Origin: an uncultured Candidatus Rokubacteria bacterium
GTDB taxonomy: Bacteria > Methylomirabilota > Methylomirabilia > Rokubacteriales > CSP1-6
Length of the DNA stretch: 64,000 nucleotides
Direction of reading: 5' to 3'
NCBI GenBank assembly: GCA_963762145.1
Contig: CAVXJS010000010.1
Location: forward strand, 32,001-96,000
Shown here: positions 1 through 10,332 of the stretch, piece after piece
Position numbering within the stretch: position 1 is the stretch's first letter
How the letters are laid out: the number at the start of each line of letters is the position of its first letter
Program-made: the position numbers and the translations under genes
Notes under the pieces: model-generated
Databases searched by the model: none
Told to the model about the DNA's origin: nothing
What the model saw: only the letters and a program-made list of their open reading frames with translations

Positions 1-1616
1 GGCTCGGCTCCGTCGATCAATTCCTGGCGCAGCCGCTGGCGTGCATCGAGGGCTTCGGTCGCCTCGGGCGCGAGCGGCCTGGCCTCGGGCGGTTCGGGCC
101 ACGGCAGGTCGGTCGGACGGAGCTGGTGCAGCCACTCGAGCAGGCCCAGGGTGGCGCGACAGTCCTCGCGGTTGTACGTCGCGATCTCGTCCAGCCGCGT
201 CTGATCCCGCTCGTGAATCCAGTGCTCGTAGTGCAGGATGGCCTGCGTGCCGGACTGGACGGGGCCGCTGCGCGCGAAGCCGAAGAGGGCCTCGACCTCC
301 TTCAGCGAGTAGCTGGGCACGCCCGCGCGCAGGGCCCGGCGCAGGATCGAGTGGAGATCCACGAAGACCTCGCGTCGCAGCAGGTCGTCCACCTGGGCCT
401 CGCGTGAGAGGTGCTCGGCCATCAGCCGCTTGAGCGTGCTCGGCTCGGAGCCACTGAAATGGTAGACGTGCAGGCCGGGATATTGCACGAGCCTCGCGTG
501 GATGAGATCGACCAGGTCCTCGAACGCCCGACGCTCGCCGTCGCGATCGTGCGCCCAGAACGGCTGGTAGCGCGGCTCGGGTCCGTCGAGCAGGAGCACG
601 CCGAAGAGATACTCGAGGCCGCGCGCGGGCTCGAAGAAGGGATGGCCCTCCAGATCGAAGATGACGTCGCCCGGCGACCGCGGCGGGAGCCCCGCGAAGC
701 CACGGCCGACCTCGATGTCGAGCGCCCGCCATTCCAGCGAGCCGGTTTGCTGCCGGATGAGCTGGAGCCCGGCCTGCTCGCGTAACCCGTGGAGGGTGGA
801 CCCCGCGATCCTGGGCACGGCGAGGTCGGCCGGGGTCTGGGCCAGCGCGGCGAGCGTGCCGATGCCGCCGGCGGAAAGCCGCTTCACCTGGGTTCGCTGG
901 ATGCCGGCCACGCGCACGACGTGGTCCTCCCGCTCGAGCTGGTCCTCGCACGGCTTCCGGTAGTCGCAGAACGAGCAGTGGTGGCAGGGGTAGGGACCCG
1001 TCGCGGGCCGGGCGCCCACCGCCTCGCCGAAGCGCTCGCGAACGCGCCGGAAGTAGGCCGTCACGTCGGCCAGGCGGATCGGGACCCGGTCGCGGGTGCC
1101 GAGGACGACATAGGCCAGATCCGGCGCGAGCTGCTGGACCTGCTCGAGCGCCTGGCTATAGAAGGAGAGCTGCAGCGCGTGCTCCGGGCGCGGGTGCCGC
1201 GCCAGCTTTGTGTCCAGCACCTGATAGCTGAAGCCGCCCAGAGCGGAGGGCCGCTCGACGCGCTCCAGGAAGTCCGCGATCCCGCGCCATCCCTGCAACA
1301 GGAAGACGGCCTGGTACACGTAGTCGGCGCCCTCCCGCATGGCCTCCGCGGTGCGCCGCATCCCGGCTTCGAAGTCTCGAGCGGCGTCCAGGCGCACCTC
1401 GACCACCGTGCGGCCGGCTTCACGGAGGCTCGCGAGGTACGCCTGCTCGTGCTCCTGCCCCTTGGTCCGCAGGAGCTCGGCGTAGGCGTTCTCGTAGCTG
1501 GGGCGCCGACCTTGCCGGAGGGCCACGGCCAGCTCGAGCTGCGTCAGGTGCTCGCAGGCCAGGAAGCCGCCCAGGTCGGAGGGGGAGAAGAGGAAGCGGT
1601 CGTCGCGGCGCTGCAT
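1..1616 (-). CDS. TM0106-family RecB-like nuclease (3' end runs off the window)
   Basis: Read by hand, not in the ORF track. ATG at 1616 gives MQRRDDRFLFSPSDLGGFLACEHLTQLEL; then ADFLERV...YQVLDTKLARH...QLSFYS (PD-(D/E)xK), PCHHCSFCDYRKPC, and FDLEGHPFF...LEYLFG (RNase H-like). Confidence 0.85.
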   Translation of the reverse strand, partial: MQRRDDRFLFSPSDLGGFLACEHLTQLELAVALRQGRRPSYENAYAELLRTKGQEHEQAYLASLREAGRTVVEVRLDAARDFEAGMRRTAEAMREGADYVYQAVFLLQGWRGIADFLERVERPSALGGFSYQVLDTKLARHPRPEHALQLSFYSQALEQVQQLAPDLAYVVLGTRDRVPIRLADVTAYFRRVRERFGEAVGARPATGPYPCHHCSFCDYRKPCEDQLEREDHVVRVAGIQRTQVKRLSAGGIGTLAALAQTPADLAVPRIAGSTLHGLREQAGLQLIRQQTGSLEWRALDIEVGRGFAGLPPRSPGDVIFDLEGHPFFEPARGLEYLFGVLLLDGPEPRYQPFWAHDRDGERRAFEDLVDLIHARLVQYPGLHVYHFSGSEPSTLKRLMAEHLSREAQVDDLLRREVFVDLHSILRRALRAGVPSYSLKEVEALFGFARSGPVQSGTQAILHYEHWIHERDQTRLDEIATYNREDCRATLGLLEWLHQLRPTDLPWPEPPEARPLAPEATEALDARQRLRQELIDGAE

Positions 1617-1659
1617 GTCGTCCCATGCTCTCCGAGTACGTCGGTTCGAGCAAGTCCGG

Positions 1660-1689
1660 TTGACTTGCTCGGCGCGGCTGGCGAATAAT
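1660..1689 (+). promoter_or_regulatory. putative sigma70 promoter of the ABC/SDR operon
   Basis: TTGACT-N18-AATAAT upstream of a GGAGGAG RBS and the ATG at 1724. Confidence 0.45.
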
Positions 1690-1723
1690 CGCGCCACCAC
1701 ACGCCCCGGGAGGAGCACCGACC

Positions 1724-2746
1724 ATGATCGTCTCGCGACTGACCCTGCTGCTGTGCCTGCTCACCTTCGCTCCGGCCTTGCCCGCCCACGCCGACGAGCT
1801 GATCGTGGCCACCTTCGGGGGCACCTTCGTCGACAACTCGAAGAAGTGCCACGCCACCGCGTTCGAGAAGGCCACCGGCTCCACCGTGAAGTACGTGCTC
1901 GGCAGCTCGGTGCAGACCATGGCGAAGCTCCGGGCGGCCGGCGCGCGGGCGGAGTTCGACGTCGCCTACATGGACAGCCAGATCGTCAAGCAGGCCAAGG
2001 CGGAAGGGCTGCTCCAGCCGCTCGAGTCCGGGAAGATCGAGCACTGGAACGATCTCTACGAGGCCTCCCGGGACAAGGACGGCTACTGGGTGTCGATGAT
2101 GTTCGCGGGCACCATCATCACCTACAACACGAATCTCGTGAAGACGCCGCCCACGTCGTGGGGCGACCTCTGGAAGCCGGAGTGGAAGGGCAAGCTGGCC
2201 ATCCCGGACATCTCGGGCACGTCGGGCCAGCAGTTCCTGATGGCCGCGGCCCGGCTCAACGGCGGCTCGGTGGAGAACATCGATCCGGGCTTCGAGGCGA
2301 TCAAGAAGCTCAAGCCCAATGTCCAGATGATGTACACCCAGCCGGACCAGATCATCCCGCTCTTCGAGCGCGGCGACATCGCGCTCGCGGTGTGGTACAC
2401 GGACCGGACCGGCGCGGCCGCGCTGAAGGGCGTGCCGGTGGCCGCCGCCTACCCGTCGGAGGGTGCGATCGGCATCGTGCCCACGGTCTCGGTGCCCAAG
2501 GCCAGCCAGAAGCGGGACCTCGCGCAGAAGTACGTCGCGGTCCTCCTGTCGCCGGAGGGCCAGCTCTGCTTCGGTCAGAGCCAGTTCGCCGGCCCGACCA
2601 ACCGGAAGGTCCAGCTGCCCGCGGATCTGGCGAAGCTCGTGCCCTACGGCCCGCTCGTCCAGCGCATGTTCTTCCCGGATACCGATCTCGTGGCGAAGAA
2701 GTTCCCGGAGTGGTCGGAGCGCTGGGGGCGCGAGATCGCGCGTTGA
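1724..2746 (+). CDS. ABC transporter substrate-binding protein, PotD/PotF-like
   Basis: Signal peptide, TFGG, YNTNLVKTPPTSWGDLWKPEWKGKLAI, YPSEGAI motifs. Confidence 0.9.
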   Translation: MIVSRLTLLLCLLTFAPALPAHADELIVATFGGTFVDNSKKCHATAFEKATGSTVKYVLGSSVQTMAKLRAAGARAEFDVAYMDSQIVKQAKAEGLLQPLESGKIEHWNDLYEASRDKDGYWVSMMFAGTIITYNTNLVKTPPTSWGDLWKPEWKGKLAIPDISGTSGQQFLMAAARLNGGSVENIDPGFEAIKKLKPNVQMMYTQPDQIIPLFERGDIALAVWYTDRTGAAALKGVPVAAAYPSEGAIGIVPTVSVPKASQKRDLAQKYVAVLLSPEGQLCFGQSQFAGPTNRKVQLPADLAKLVPYGPLVQRMFFPDTDLVAKKFPEWSERWGREIAR

Positions 2747-2753
2747 CCTGCAG

Positions 2754-3893
2754 GTGTCCGCGACCGCGTCACCGGCGGTGAGCGGCGCCGCGCCGGCGCT
2801 CACGGTGCGCCGGCTTCGCAAGTCGTTCGGCGCGGTGGTCGCCGTCGACGAGGTGTCGCTCGACGTGGCCCCGGGCGAGTTTCTCTCGCTCCTGGGCCCG
2901 TCGGGCTGCGGGAAGACCACGCTGCTCCGGATCGTCGCCGGCCTCGTCGAGCCGGACGGCGGCCAGGTCGTCCTCGCGGGCGAGGACATCACGCGGGTGG
3001 CCGTCCATCGCCGCAACCTCGGGCTGGTCTTCCAGTCGTACGCCCTCTTCCCCCACATGACCGTCTTCGAGAACGTCGCCTTCGGCCTCCGCCGGCGCTC
3101 GATTCCGCCCGCCGAGCTGGGTCCGCGCGTCGAGCGCATGCTGGAGCTGGTGCGCCTCGGGCCGCTCGGCGCCCGGCACCCGCGCGAGCTCTCCGGCGGC
3201 CAGCAGCAGCGCGTGGCGCTGGCCCGCGCGCTCGTCACCGAGCCCCGCGTGCTGCTGCTCGACGAGCCGCTGTCCAATCTGGACGCGCTGCTGCGCGACG
3301 AGATGCGCGTGGAGCTCAAGCGGCTGCAGGAGCGGCTCGGGACGACGATGATCTTCGTCACCCACGACCAGGCGGAGGCGCTCATCCTGTCCGACCGCGT
3401 GGTCGTGATGGAGGCGGGCCGGGTGGAGCAGATCGGCCGGCCGGAGGAGGTCTATCGCCGCCCCGCCACCGCCTTCGTGGCCCGCTTTCTCGGGCGCGCG
3501 AACTTTCTCGCGGGCACCGTGGCGGAGACGGACGCGGCCGGCACCGTCGTCGCGCTCGACGGCGGCGGGCTCTCGGTCGTGGCGATGCCGCGGCCGGGCC
3601 TCGAGCGCGGCCAGCCGGTGCGCGTGGTGATCCGTCAGGAGGCCATCCGCCTGGGGCCGCCGGACGGTGGGGCCACGCGTCCCAATCAGTTCGCGGCGAC
3701 CGTGGTGTTCCACGCCTTCGCGGGGCAGACCCACCACTACGTCGCCCAGCTCGCGGACGGGCGCGAGCTCGAGATCGCCGCGCCCGGCACCGCGCCGCCG
3801 CTGCCGCGCGGAGCCCGCACGCGGCTCGAGTGGAGCGCGGAGGACGCGATCCTGCTCCCCGGCGGCGCGCCCGGCGAGGGGGGCCCGCGGTGA
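2754..3893 (+). CDS. ABC transporter ATP-binding protein, PotA-like (with C-terminal TOBE region)
   Basis: GPSGCGKT, LSGGQQQRVALARAL, LLLDEP. GTG start is approximate. Confidence 0.9.
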   Translation: MSATASPAVSGAAPALTVRRLRKSFGAVVAVDEVSLDVAPGEFLSLLGPSGCGKTTLLRIVAGLVEPDGGQVVLAGEDITRVAVHRRNLGLVFQSYALFPHMTVFENVAFGLRRRSIPPAELGPRVERMLELVRLGPLGARHPRELSGGQQQRVALARALVTEPRVLLLDEPLSNLDALLRDEMRVELKRLQERLGTTMIFVTHDQAEALILSDRVVVMEAGRVEQIGRPEEVYRRPATAFVARFLGRANFLAGTVAETDAAGTVVALDGGGLSVVAMPRPGLERGQPVRVVIRQEAIRLGPPDGGATRPNQFAATVVFHAFAGQTHHYVAQLADGRELEIAAPGTAPPLPRGARTRLEWSAEDAILLPGGAPGEGGPR

Positions 3894-4735
3894 GCCACCG
3901 GCACGGCTGGTGGCTGCTGGCCCCGGCGCTCCTGCTGCTCACGGCCGCCTTCGTGGTGCCGGTGGGGATGCTGGTGCCGACCAGCGTCCGCCCCTACGTC
4001 CCGCTGGTGGGGATCACCGCCGGCTTCACGGCCCGCCACTACACGCGGCTCCTGACGGACTCCTACTACCTCGAGATCATCGGGCGGACGCTCGCGCTGG
4101 GGCTCACCGTGACGTGCTCGACGCTGGTCGTCGGCTACCCGGTGGCCTTCTTCCTCGCGCGCACCCGCTCGCGCTGGCGGAACTGGCTGACCATCCTGGT
4201 CGTCTTTCCCCTCATGCTGAACCTGGTGGTCCGCACCTTCGGCTGGATCGCCCTGCTCGCCCAGAACGGGCTCGTGAACCAGGCGCTCCAGGCGCTGGGG
4301 ATCACGGATGGACCCGTGAAGCTGCTGTTCAACTTCGCCGGCCTGCTCATCGGGCTCACGCACATCTTCCTGCCGTTCATGGTGCTGGTCCTCATCGGCG
4401 CCATCCAGAACATCCCGCGCGACGTCGAGGACGCCGCGCGCGTGCTGGGCGCGTCCTGGGGCAGCGCGTTCCTCCGGGTGACGCTGCCCCTGTCGGCGCC
4501 CGGGATCCTGTCGGGCTCGATCCTCGTCTTCGTCCTCACGATCAGCGCGCTGGTGACCCCGCGCCTGCTCGGCGGGCCGACCTATCAGGTGATGTCCACG
4601 CTGATCTACGACGAGTTCCTCGGGCGCCTGAACTGGCCGGCGGGGTCCGCCCAGTCCCTGCTGCTCACGGTCATGGTGCTGGCGCTGGTCTACCTCTCGG
4701 GCCGCCTGGCCCGGCGGGCGGGGGCGCGCGCGTGA
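3890..4735 (+). CDS. ABC transporter permease, PotB-like
   Basis: Hydrophobic segments, EAA loop (EDAARVLGAS), GTGA overlap with the upstream gene. Confidence 0.9.
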   Translation: MSHRHGWWLLAPALLLLTAAFVVPVGMLVPTSVRPYVPLVGITAGFTARHYTRLLTDSYYLEIIGRTLALGLTVTCSTLVVGYPVAFFLARTRSRWRNWLTILVVFPLMLNLVVRTFGWIALLAQNGLVNQALQALGITDGPVKLLFNFAGLLIGLTHIFLPFMVLVLIGAIQNIPRDVEDAARVLGASWGSAFLRVTLPLSAPGILSGSILVFVLTISALVTPRLLGGPTYQVMSTLIYDEFLGRLNWPAGSAQSLLLTVMVLALVYLSGRLARRAGARA

Positions 4736-5523
4736 CGGCGGCCCGGCTGCGCACGTGGCTCCTGCGGGTGTGGGTCACCCTGGTGTTCGGCTTCCTGATG
4801 CTGCCGGCGGTGGTGATCGCGCTCGCTTCCGTGAGCCGCACGTCGTACCTGACGGTGCCGCCCAAGGGGCTCACCCTGCAGTGGTTCACCAAGGTGCTGG
4901 GCGACGCCGAGTACGTGCACGCCATCGGCTTCAGCGTGCTGCTCGCGCTCGTCGCGACGGCCGGGTCCCTCGCGGCCGGGCTGGCCGCGTCCTTCGCGCT
5001 GCTCCGCCGGCGGGTGACGGGCGGCGCGGGCGTCGCCGCGCTGCTCAACGCGCCGCTCGTCTTCCCCGGCGTGGTGGTGGGGGTGGCCCTGCTGCAGTTC
5101 TACGCGCTGGTGCACGTGAACGGCACCTTCGTGGGGCTGGCCCTCGCGCACATGGTGATCACGGTGCCCTACGTGGTCCGGGCGGTGACCGCGAGCCTCC
5201 AGGGGATCGATCCGGAGCTCGAGCACGCCGCGCGGGTGCTGGGCGCGAGCGGGCCGGTCGCGTTCTTCACGGTCACGCTGCCGCTCATCCGGCCCGGCGT
5301 CGCGGCGGGGGCGCTCTTCTCCTTCATCGTCTCGTTCGACAACGTGCCGGTGTCGATCTTCCTCCTCGGAGCGGGTCAGATGACGCTGCCGGTGAAGATC
5401 TTCACCGCGATCGAGTACGGGGTGGACCCGTCCATCGCCGCGATCTCGACCATGCTCATCGTGCTGACCGGCCTCGGCCTCGCCGTCGCCGAGCGCTGGA
5501 TCGGGTTCCACCGCTTCGTCTGA
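4732..5523 (+). CDS. ABC transporter permease, PotC-like
   Basis: GLTLQWF, EHAARVLGAS, FIVSFDN, TLPVKIF; GTGA overlap. Confidence 0.9.
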   Translation: MTAARLRTWLLRVWVTLVFGFLMLPAVVIALASVSRTSYLTVPPKGLTLQWFTKVLGDAEYVHAIGFSVLLALVATAGSLAAGLAASFALLRRRVTGGAGVAALLNAPLVFPGVVVGVALLQFYALVHVNGTFVGLALAHMVITVPYVVRAVTASLQGIDPELEHAARVLGASGPVAFFTVTLPLIRPGVAAGALFSFIVSFDNVPVSIFLLGAGQMTLPVKIFTAIEYGVDPSIAAISTMLIVLTGLGLAVAERWIGFHRFV

Positions 5524-5549
5524 TCTCGCACCGCATCGGAGGGACTGCC

Positions 5550-6320
5550 ATGGCTGCTGTCGTCGAGGGCCGGCTCGCCGGCCGGATCGCCGTCGTCACC
5601 GGGGCCGCCAACGGCATCGGCCGCGCCAGCGCGCTGCGCCTCGCCCGGGAGGGCGCGGATCTGGTCGTGGTCGATCGCGAGGGCGATACGCTGCAGGGCG
5701 CGGCCCGGGAGATCGAGGCGGCCGGCCGCCAGGTCCTGCCGATCACCGCGGACTGGACCGAGCCGGGCGCGGTGGAGGCGGCGTTCGCGGCGATCCGGAC
5801 GCGCTTCGGGCGCATCGACATCCTCTTCAACAACGTCGGCCAGAGCGCCCGCGAGCGCGCCACCGAGTTCCACCTCTCGGCCGAGGAGACGTGGCGCTTC
5901 GTCATCGAGGTGTCGCTGGTCGCGACCATGCGCGCCACCCGCCTCGCGGTGGAGGAGATGCGGGCCCGCCGCAGCGGCCGCATCGTCAACATGTCGACCG
6001 AGTCCGCCTTCTACGGCGACGTGGGGTTCGTGGACTACGCGGCGGCCAAGATGGGGGTGATCGGCTTCACCCGCTCCCTCGCGCGCGAGCTGGCGCCGTT
6101 CCACGTCAACGTCAACGCGGTGTGCCCTGGCGCCATCCGCACCCGCGCCCACGATCGCCTGCCGCGCGAGGTGATCGACAAGGTGCGTACCAGCGTGCCG
6201 ATGGGTTACGTGGCCGAGCCCGAGGACGTGGCCGGCGTGGTGGCGTTCCTGGCCAGCGACGATGCCCGCTACATCACCGGCCAGTCGATCCTGATCGACG
6301 GCGGCCGCTGGATGATCTGA
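5550..6320 (+). CDS. SDR family oxidoreductase
   Basis: TGAANGIG, NNVG, YAAAK, VNAVCPG, ITGQSILIDGG; GGAGG RBS. Confidence 0.92.
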   Translation: MAAVVEGRLAGRIAVVTGAANGIGRASALRLAREGADLVVVDREGDTLQGAAREIEAAGRQVLPITADWTEPGAVEAAFAAIRTRFGRIDILFNNVGQSARERATEFHLSAEETWRFVIEVSLVATMRATRLAVEEMRARRSGRIVNMSTESAFYGDVGFVDYAAAKMGVIGFTRSLARELAPFHVNVNAVCPGAIRTRAHDRLPREVIDKVRTSVPMGYVAEPEDVAGVVAFLASDDARYITGQSILIDGGRWMI

Positions 6321-6322
6321 TT

Positions 6323-6391
6323 CCCCCTCACCCTTCCCTCTCCGGGACAGTTCCCCCTCTCCCCTCAGGGGAGAGGGCAGGGTGAGGGGGC
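6323..6391. repeat. BoxC/REP-like palindromic element (copy 1)
   Basis: CCCCTCACCCTTCCCTCTCC...CCCTCTCCCCTCAGGGGAGAGGGCAGGGTGAGGGG; the same motif recurs at 7225-7344 and 52974-53010. Confidence 0.8.
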
Positions 6392-6427
6392 CCGCGTGAA
6401 AGCCCCACCAACACAAGGAGACCGGAC

Positions 6428-7210
6428 ATGCCCGGAAGGCTCGACAACAGGATCGCCCTTATCACCGGCGCCGGCAGCGGCATCGGCCGCGCATGCGCGC
6501 TCCGCTTCGCGTCGGAAGGCGCGAAGGTGTGCGCCGCCGACCTCGACCAGGGCGCGGCGACCGAGACCGCGCGGCAGGTGGAGGCCGCCGGCGGCAAGGC
6601 GCTCGCGCTGCGGACCGACACCACCGACGAGGCGGCGAACGAGGCGATGGTCGCGGCGTGCGTGAAGGCCTTCGGCGCGGTGGACGTGCTGGTGGCCGCC
6701 GCCGGGGTAGCGGGCGCACGACCGGATCCCGCGTCCGCCAAGCCCTACGCGATGCTCGACATCCCGACCGACCGCTTTCGCACGGTGATCGACGTGAACC
6801 TCTACGGCGTGCTGCACTCCAACCGCGCCGTCGCGCGCTGGATGGTGGCCAACCGGCGGGGCGGCAGCCTGATCAACCTCGGCTCGATCATGTCGAGGAT
6901 GCCGTCGACGGGCGGCGCCTACAGCGTGAGCAAGGCGGGGGTGTGGATGGCCACCAAGTGTTTGGCTCAGGAGCTGGCCCGGCACAACATCCGGGTCAAC
7001 GCCATCGGGCCCGGCTTCATCGAGACGCCGATGACCGCCGCCCTGCGCGGCGACGCCGACCGCAGCCGCTGGGCCATGAGCCTCACGCCGATGGGCCGCT
7101 ACGGCACGGTGGAGGAGATCGCGAGCACCGCGCTCTTCCTCGCCTCGGACGATGCGGCCTTTTTTACCGGCGAGATTCTGCACCCCTCCGGCGGCGTCTT
7201 CGTGGGCTAG
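6428..7210 (+). CDS. SDR family oxidoreductase
   Basis: TGAGSGIG, YSVSK, VNAIGPG; AAGGAG RBS. Confidence 0.92.
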   Translation: MPGRLDNRIALITGAGSGIGRACALRFASEGAKVCAADLDQGAATETARQVEAAGGKALALRTDTTDEAANEAMVAACVKAFGAVDVLVAAAGVAGARPDPASAKPYAMLDIPTDRFRTVIDVNLYGVLHSNRAVARWMVANRRGGSLINLGSIMSRMPSTGGAYSVSKAGVWMATKCLAQELARHNIRVNAIGPGFIETPMTAALRGDADRSRWAMSLTPMGRYGTVEEIASTALFLASDDAAFFTGEILHPSGGVFVG

Positions 7211-7224
7211 GCGCCACACCCCGA

Positions 7225-7344
7225 CCCCTCACCCTGCCCTCTCCCCACGGGGGAGAGGGGTGAGAGCAGGCAACCCTGTCCCCAGGGGGAGAGGGTCAGA
7301 GAGTGGTAACCCTCTCCCCTCAGGGGAGAGGGCAGGGTGAGGGG
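7225..7344. repeat. BoxC/REP-like palindrome cluster between convergent genes
   Basis: Three CCCTCTCCCC-N-GGGGAGAGGG-type hairpins (middle one degenerate), flanked by inverted CCCCTCACCCTG / CAGGGTGAGGGG tails. Confidence 0.8.
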
Positions 7345-7348
7345 TGGG

Positions 7349-8092
7349 CTAGTGAAACGTGCGCCCGCCATCGACCGCAAGCGCCGCGCCGGTCACGAAC
7401 GACGACTCGTCGCTGGTCAGGTAGAGCGCGGCCTGCGCGATCTCCTCCGGCTCCCCCGGCCGCCGGATCACGTACCGGTCGAGAATCTTCGCCAGCTCGC
7501 CCTCGGGATCGGCCGCGCCCTCCCACGAGGACCGGAACAGCGGCGTGTCGATGATGCCCGGGCAGATCGCGTTGACGCGGATGTGGTAGGCGGCCAGGTC
7601 CACCGCGAGGGTCTTGCCGAACATGACCAGCCCCGCCTTCGCCGCGCAGTACGCGGTGCGCTGCTCCAGCGGCCGCAGCGCGGCGCCCGAGGCGATGTTC
7701 ACGATGGTCCCGCGCCCGGCCTGCTTCATGGCGGGCAGCGCGGCGTGGCACACGAGCATGGGGCCGGTGAGATCCACCGCCATGATCGCCGCCCACTCCG
7801 CGGAGGTCATCCGCTCGAAGGGCCGCATGAGATCGATCCCGGCGCTGTTGACGACCCCGTCGAGCCCGCCGAGCGTGGTCGCGGCCTGCGCGACCGCGGC
7901 CCGCACCTGGCGCTCGTCGGCCACGTCGCACACCAGCGTGGACGCGCCGTCCACCCGCGCCTTGCCGAGCGCGGCCTCGTCGCGATCGAGCATCGCCACC
8001 GCGGCGCCTTCGCTCCGGAAGAGGCGCGCGATGGCGAGGCCGATGCCCGAGGCCGCGCCGGTGACGAGGATGCGGCGGCCGTGGAGCCTCAC
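7349..8092 (-). CDS. SDR family oxidoreductase
   Basis: GTG start overlaps the upstream stop; TGAASGIG, NSAG, YCAAK, VNAICPG. Confidence 0.9.
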   Translation of the reverse strand: MRLHGRRILVTGAASGIGLAIARLFRSEGAAVAMLDRDEAALGKARVDGASTLVCDVADERQVRAAVAQAATTLGGLDGVVNSAGIDLMRPFERMTSAEWAAIMAVDLTGPMLVCHAALPAMKQAGRGTIVNIASGAALRPLEQRTAYCAAKAGLVMFGKTLAVDLAAYHIRVNAICPGIIDTPLFRSSWEGAADPEGELAKILDRYVIRRPGEPEEIAQAALYLTSDESSFVTGAALAVDGGRTFH

Positions 8093-8912
8093 GCGCGCGC
8101 CTCCGCGCGCAGCGCCGGCCGCACCGCGTCCGCCACCTCGTCGCAGCGCGCGAGCCAGACGCCCGAGTGGCCGAGGATGTACTTGATCAGCTCCTCGAGC
8201 AGCGTGATGCGCGACGGGCGGCCGATGATCTGGGGGTGCATGGCGAGGCAGAAGTACCGGTCCTCGCGGTAGAGCACGTCGAACTCGCGCCGCCACGCCT
8301 CGAACACCGCCGACGGCGCCTGCATGGTGCGTCCGGGCAGCGTGATCGAGTACTGGAAGAACGGCGCGTCGTCCAGCACCCACGCGAACGGGAACTCCAC
8401 GATGTCGGTGAGCTTGCCGTCGATGCGATGGAGATACGGCGAGTCGTCGTCGAAGTAGTTCGAGGAGTAGCCGAAGCCGTACTCGGCCAGCATCCGGAGC
8501 GTGTGCGGGCTGAACTCCGCGGCGGGAGACCGGTAGCCGACCGGCTTGCGGCCCGTCATGCGCTGGATGATCTCGATGCCCTTGTCCATCTCCTCGCGCT
8601 CCTGCTCGAGCGAGAGGTTCACGATCCAGGCGTGCGACCAGGAGTGGTGCGCGATCTCGTGGCCCGCCTTCAGGATCGCCTCGACCATGGCGGGCCGCTG
8701 CTCCATCACGAGGCCGGGCACGAAGAAGGTCACGCGGAGTCCGTAGCGGCGAGCAGGTCGAGGATGCGCGGCATCCCCACCTTCCAGCCGTAGGCGCCCT
8801 GGCTCATCACGATGGGGCGCTCGGCGTTCTTCGGATCGCGGGCGGTCCACATGGTCTCGGCGTCGATGTCGAAAGTCAACAGAATAGGGAAGCCCTTGGG
8901 CGAGAGCGGCAT
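8089..8912 (-). CDS. polysaccharide deacetylase (CE4, PuuE-like), one frameshift near 8750
   Basis: LTFDID...YGWKVGMPRILDLL in one frame; TFFVPG, HEIAHHSWSH, GYRSP, MHPQIIGRPSR in another. Confidence 0.85.
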
Positions 8913-8925
8913 GACGTGCCTCCGA

Positions 8926-10332
8926 TTACAGCGGCATCGGGCGCGCGCACGGGCGCTCGCGCTCGAGGTGAGCGGCCAGGGCGAGCACGCGGCGATCCGC
9001 GTGCCAGGCTCCGACGATCTGCAGGCCGATGGGCAGACCGTCCGAGGACCAGCCGCACGGCAGGGACACCGCCGGGTGGCCGGAGAGGTTGAAGGGCCAG
9101 AGATAGGGATACCAGGCGGCCCGGATCGAGCCGGCGGCCTCGCCCCCGATCGCGATCGGCTCGAACGCGTCGTGGTCGACGGCGAGCGCCGGCCGGGAGA
9201 GGGCGGGCGACAGCAGGAAGTCGAAGCGCCGGAGGAGCGCGTTCACTCGACGGAACATGGTCGTCCGCTGGCCGAGCGCGTTCACCCAGTCCACCGCGGT
9301 CCACCGCGCGCCCCGCTCGATGGACTCGCGGAGGCTCGGCGCCACCTTGTCGCCGAACTTCGCCATGTGGGGGCCGACGCGCGCGGCCAGCCCGGCCTGC
9401 AGGCCGATGAGGAAGGTGCGCTCGAACGCGGCGACGTCCTCGTCCACGACCTCGACGTGGGCGCCCTGGCCCTCCAGGTGCCGCACCGCGCCCTCGCAGG
9501 CCGCGAGCACCTCCCCGTCCACGACCCGGTTGCCCACGCGGGGGAGCCAGCCGAGCCGCAGGCCGCGCACGGTGACCTCGCGCGGGTCGTCCGTCGGCTC
9601 CGGGCGCGAGTAGGGATCGCCGGGGTCGACGCCGACGATCGCGTCGAAGCAGGCGGCCGTCTCCGCCACGGTCCGCGCCATGGGGCCGATGTAGGAGGTC
9701 GAGGAGAAGAGATCGGCCTGGTGCACGTGGGGCACGCGCCCGAGTGTGGGCTTGAGCCCGACGATGCCGCAGCACGCGGCGGGGAGGCGGACCGAGCCGC
9801 CGCCGTCGGTGCCGAGCGCCAGCGGCCCCTGGCCGGAGACGACCGCCGCCGCGGCGCCGCCGGACGAGCCGCCCGCGGTGCGCGAGAGATCCCACGGGTT
9901 GCGCGTGGCGCCGAAGAGCGGGCTGTCGGTCAGCGGCTTGTGGCCGAACTCGGGCGTGGTGGTCTTCCCGATCAGGATGGCGCCGGCCTCGCGGAGCCGG
10001 CGCACCGGCACCGCGTCCTCGCCCGTCACCTGATCGGCGAAGATCCACGAGCCCATCGTGGTCCGGACGCCCTTCGTGAACAGCAGGTCCTTCACCGAGA
10101 ACGGCACCCCGTGGAGCGGGCCGAGCCGCTCGCCGGCCGTCACCGCGGCCTCGGCCTTCCGGGCCGCCTCGCGCGCCTCGTCCGCCGTCACCGTGATGAA
10201 GGCGTTCACGGTGGGCTGGAGCGCCTCGATCCGCGCGAGCGCGGCGTCCACCGCCGCGACCGGCGAGACCTGCTTCTCGCGGATGAGCCGCGCCAGCGTC
10301 AGGGCGTCGGCCTCGAAGAGCCGTCTATCCAA
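8926..10332 (-). CDS. amidase signature family protein
   Basis: [31 protein letters not shown]. Confidence 0.92.
   Translation of the reverse strand: MDRRLFEADALTLARLIREKQVSPVAAVDAALARIEALQPTVNAFITVTADEAREAARKAEAAVTAGERLGPLHGVPFSVKDLLFTKGVRTTMGSWIFADQVTGEDAVPVRRLREAGAILIGKTTTPEFGHKPLTDSPLFGATRNPWDLSRTAGGSSGGAAAAVVSGQGPLALGTDGGGSVRLPAACCGIVGLKPTLGRVPHVHQADLFSSTSYIGPMARTVAETAACFDAIVGVDPGDPYSRPEPTDDPREVTVRGLRLGWLPRVGNRVVDGEVLAACEGAVRHLEGQGAHVEVVDEDVAAFERTFLIGLQAGLAARVGPHMAKFGDKVAPSLRESIERGARWTAVDWVNALGQRTTMFRRVNALLRRFDFLLSPALSRPALAVDHDAFEPIAIGGEAAGSIRAAWYPYLWPFNLSGHPAVSLPCGWSSDGLPIGLQIVGAWHADRRVLALAAHLERERPCARPMPL

Noticed and set aside
7225-7344. CRISPR-like array
   Set aside because: Units are inverted and irregular, there are no unique spacers of constant length, and no cas genes.
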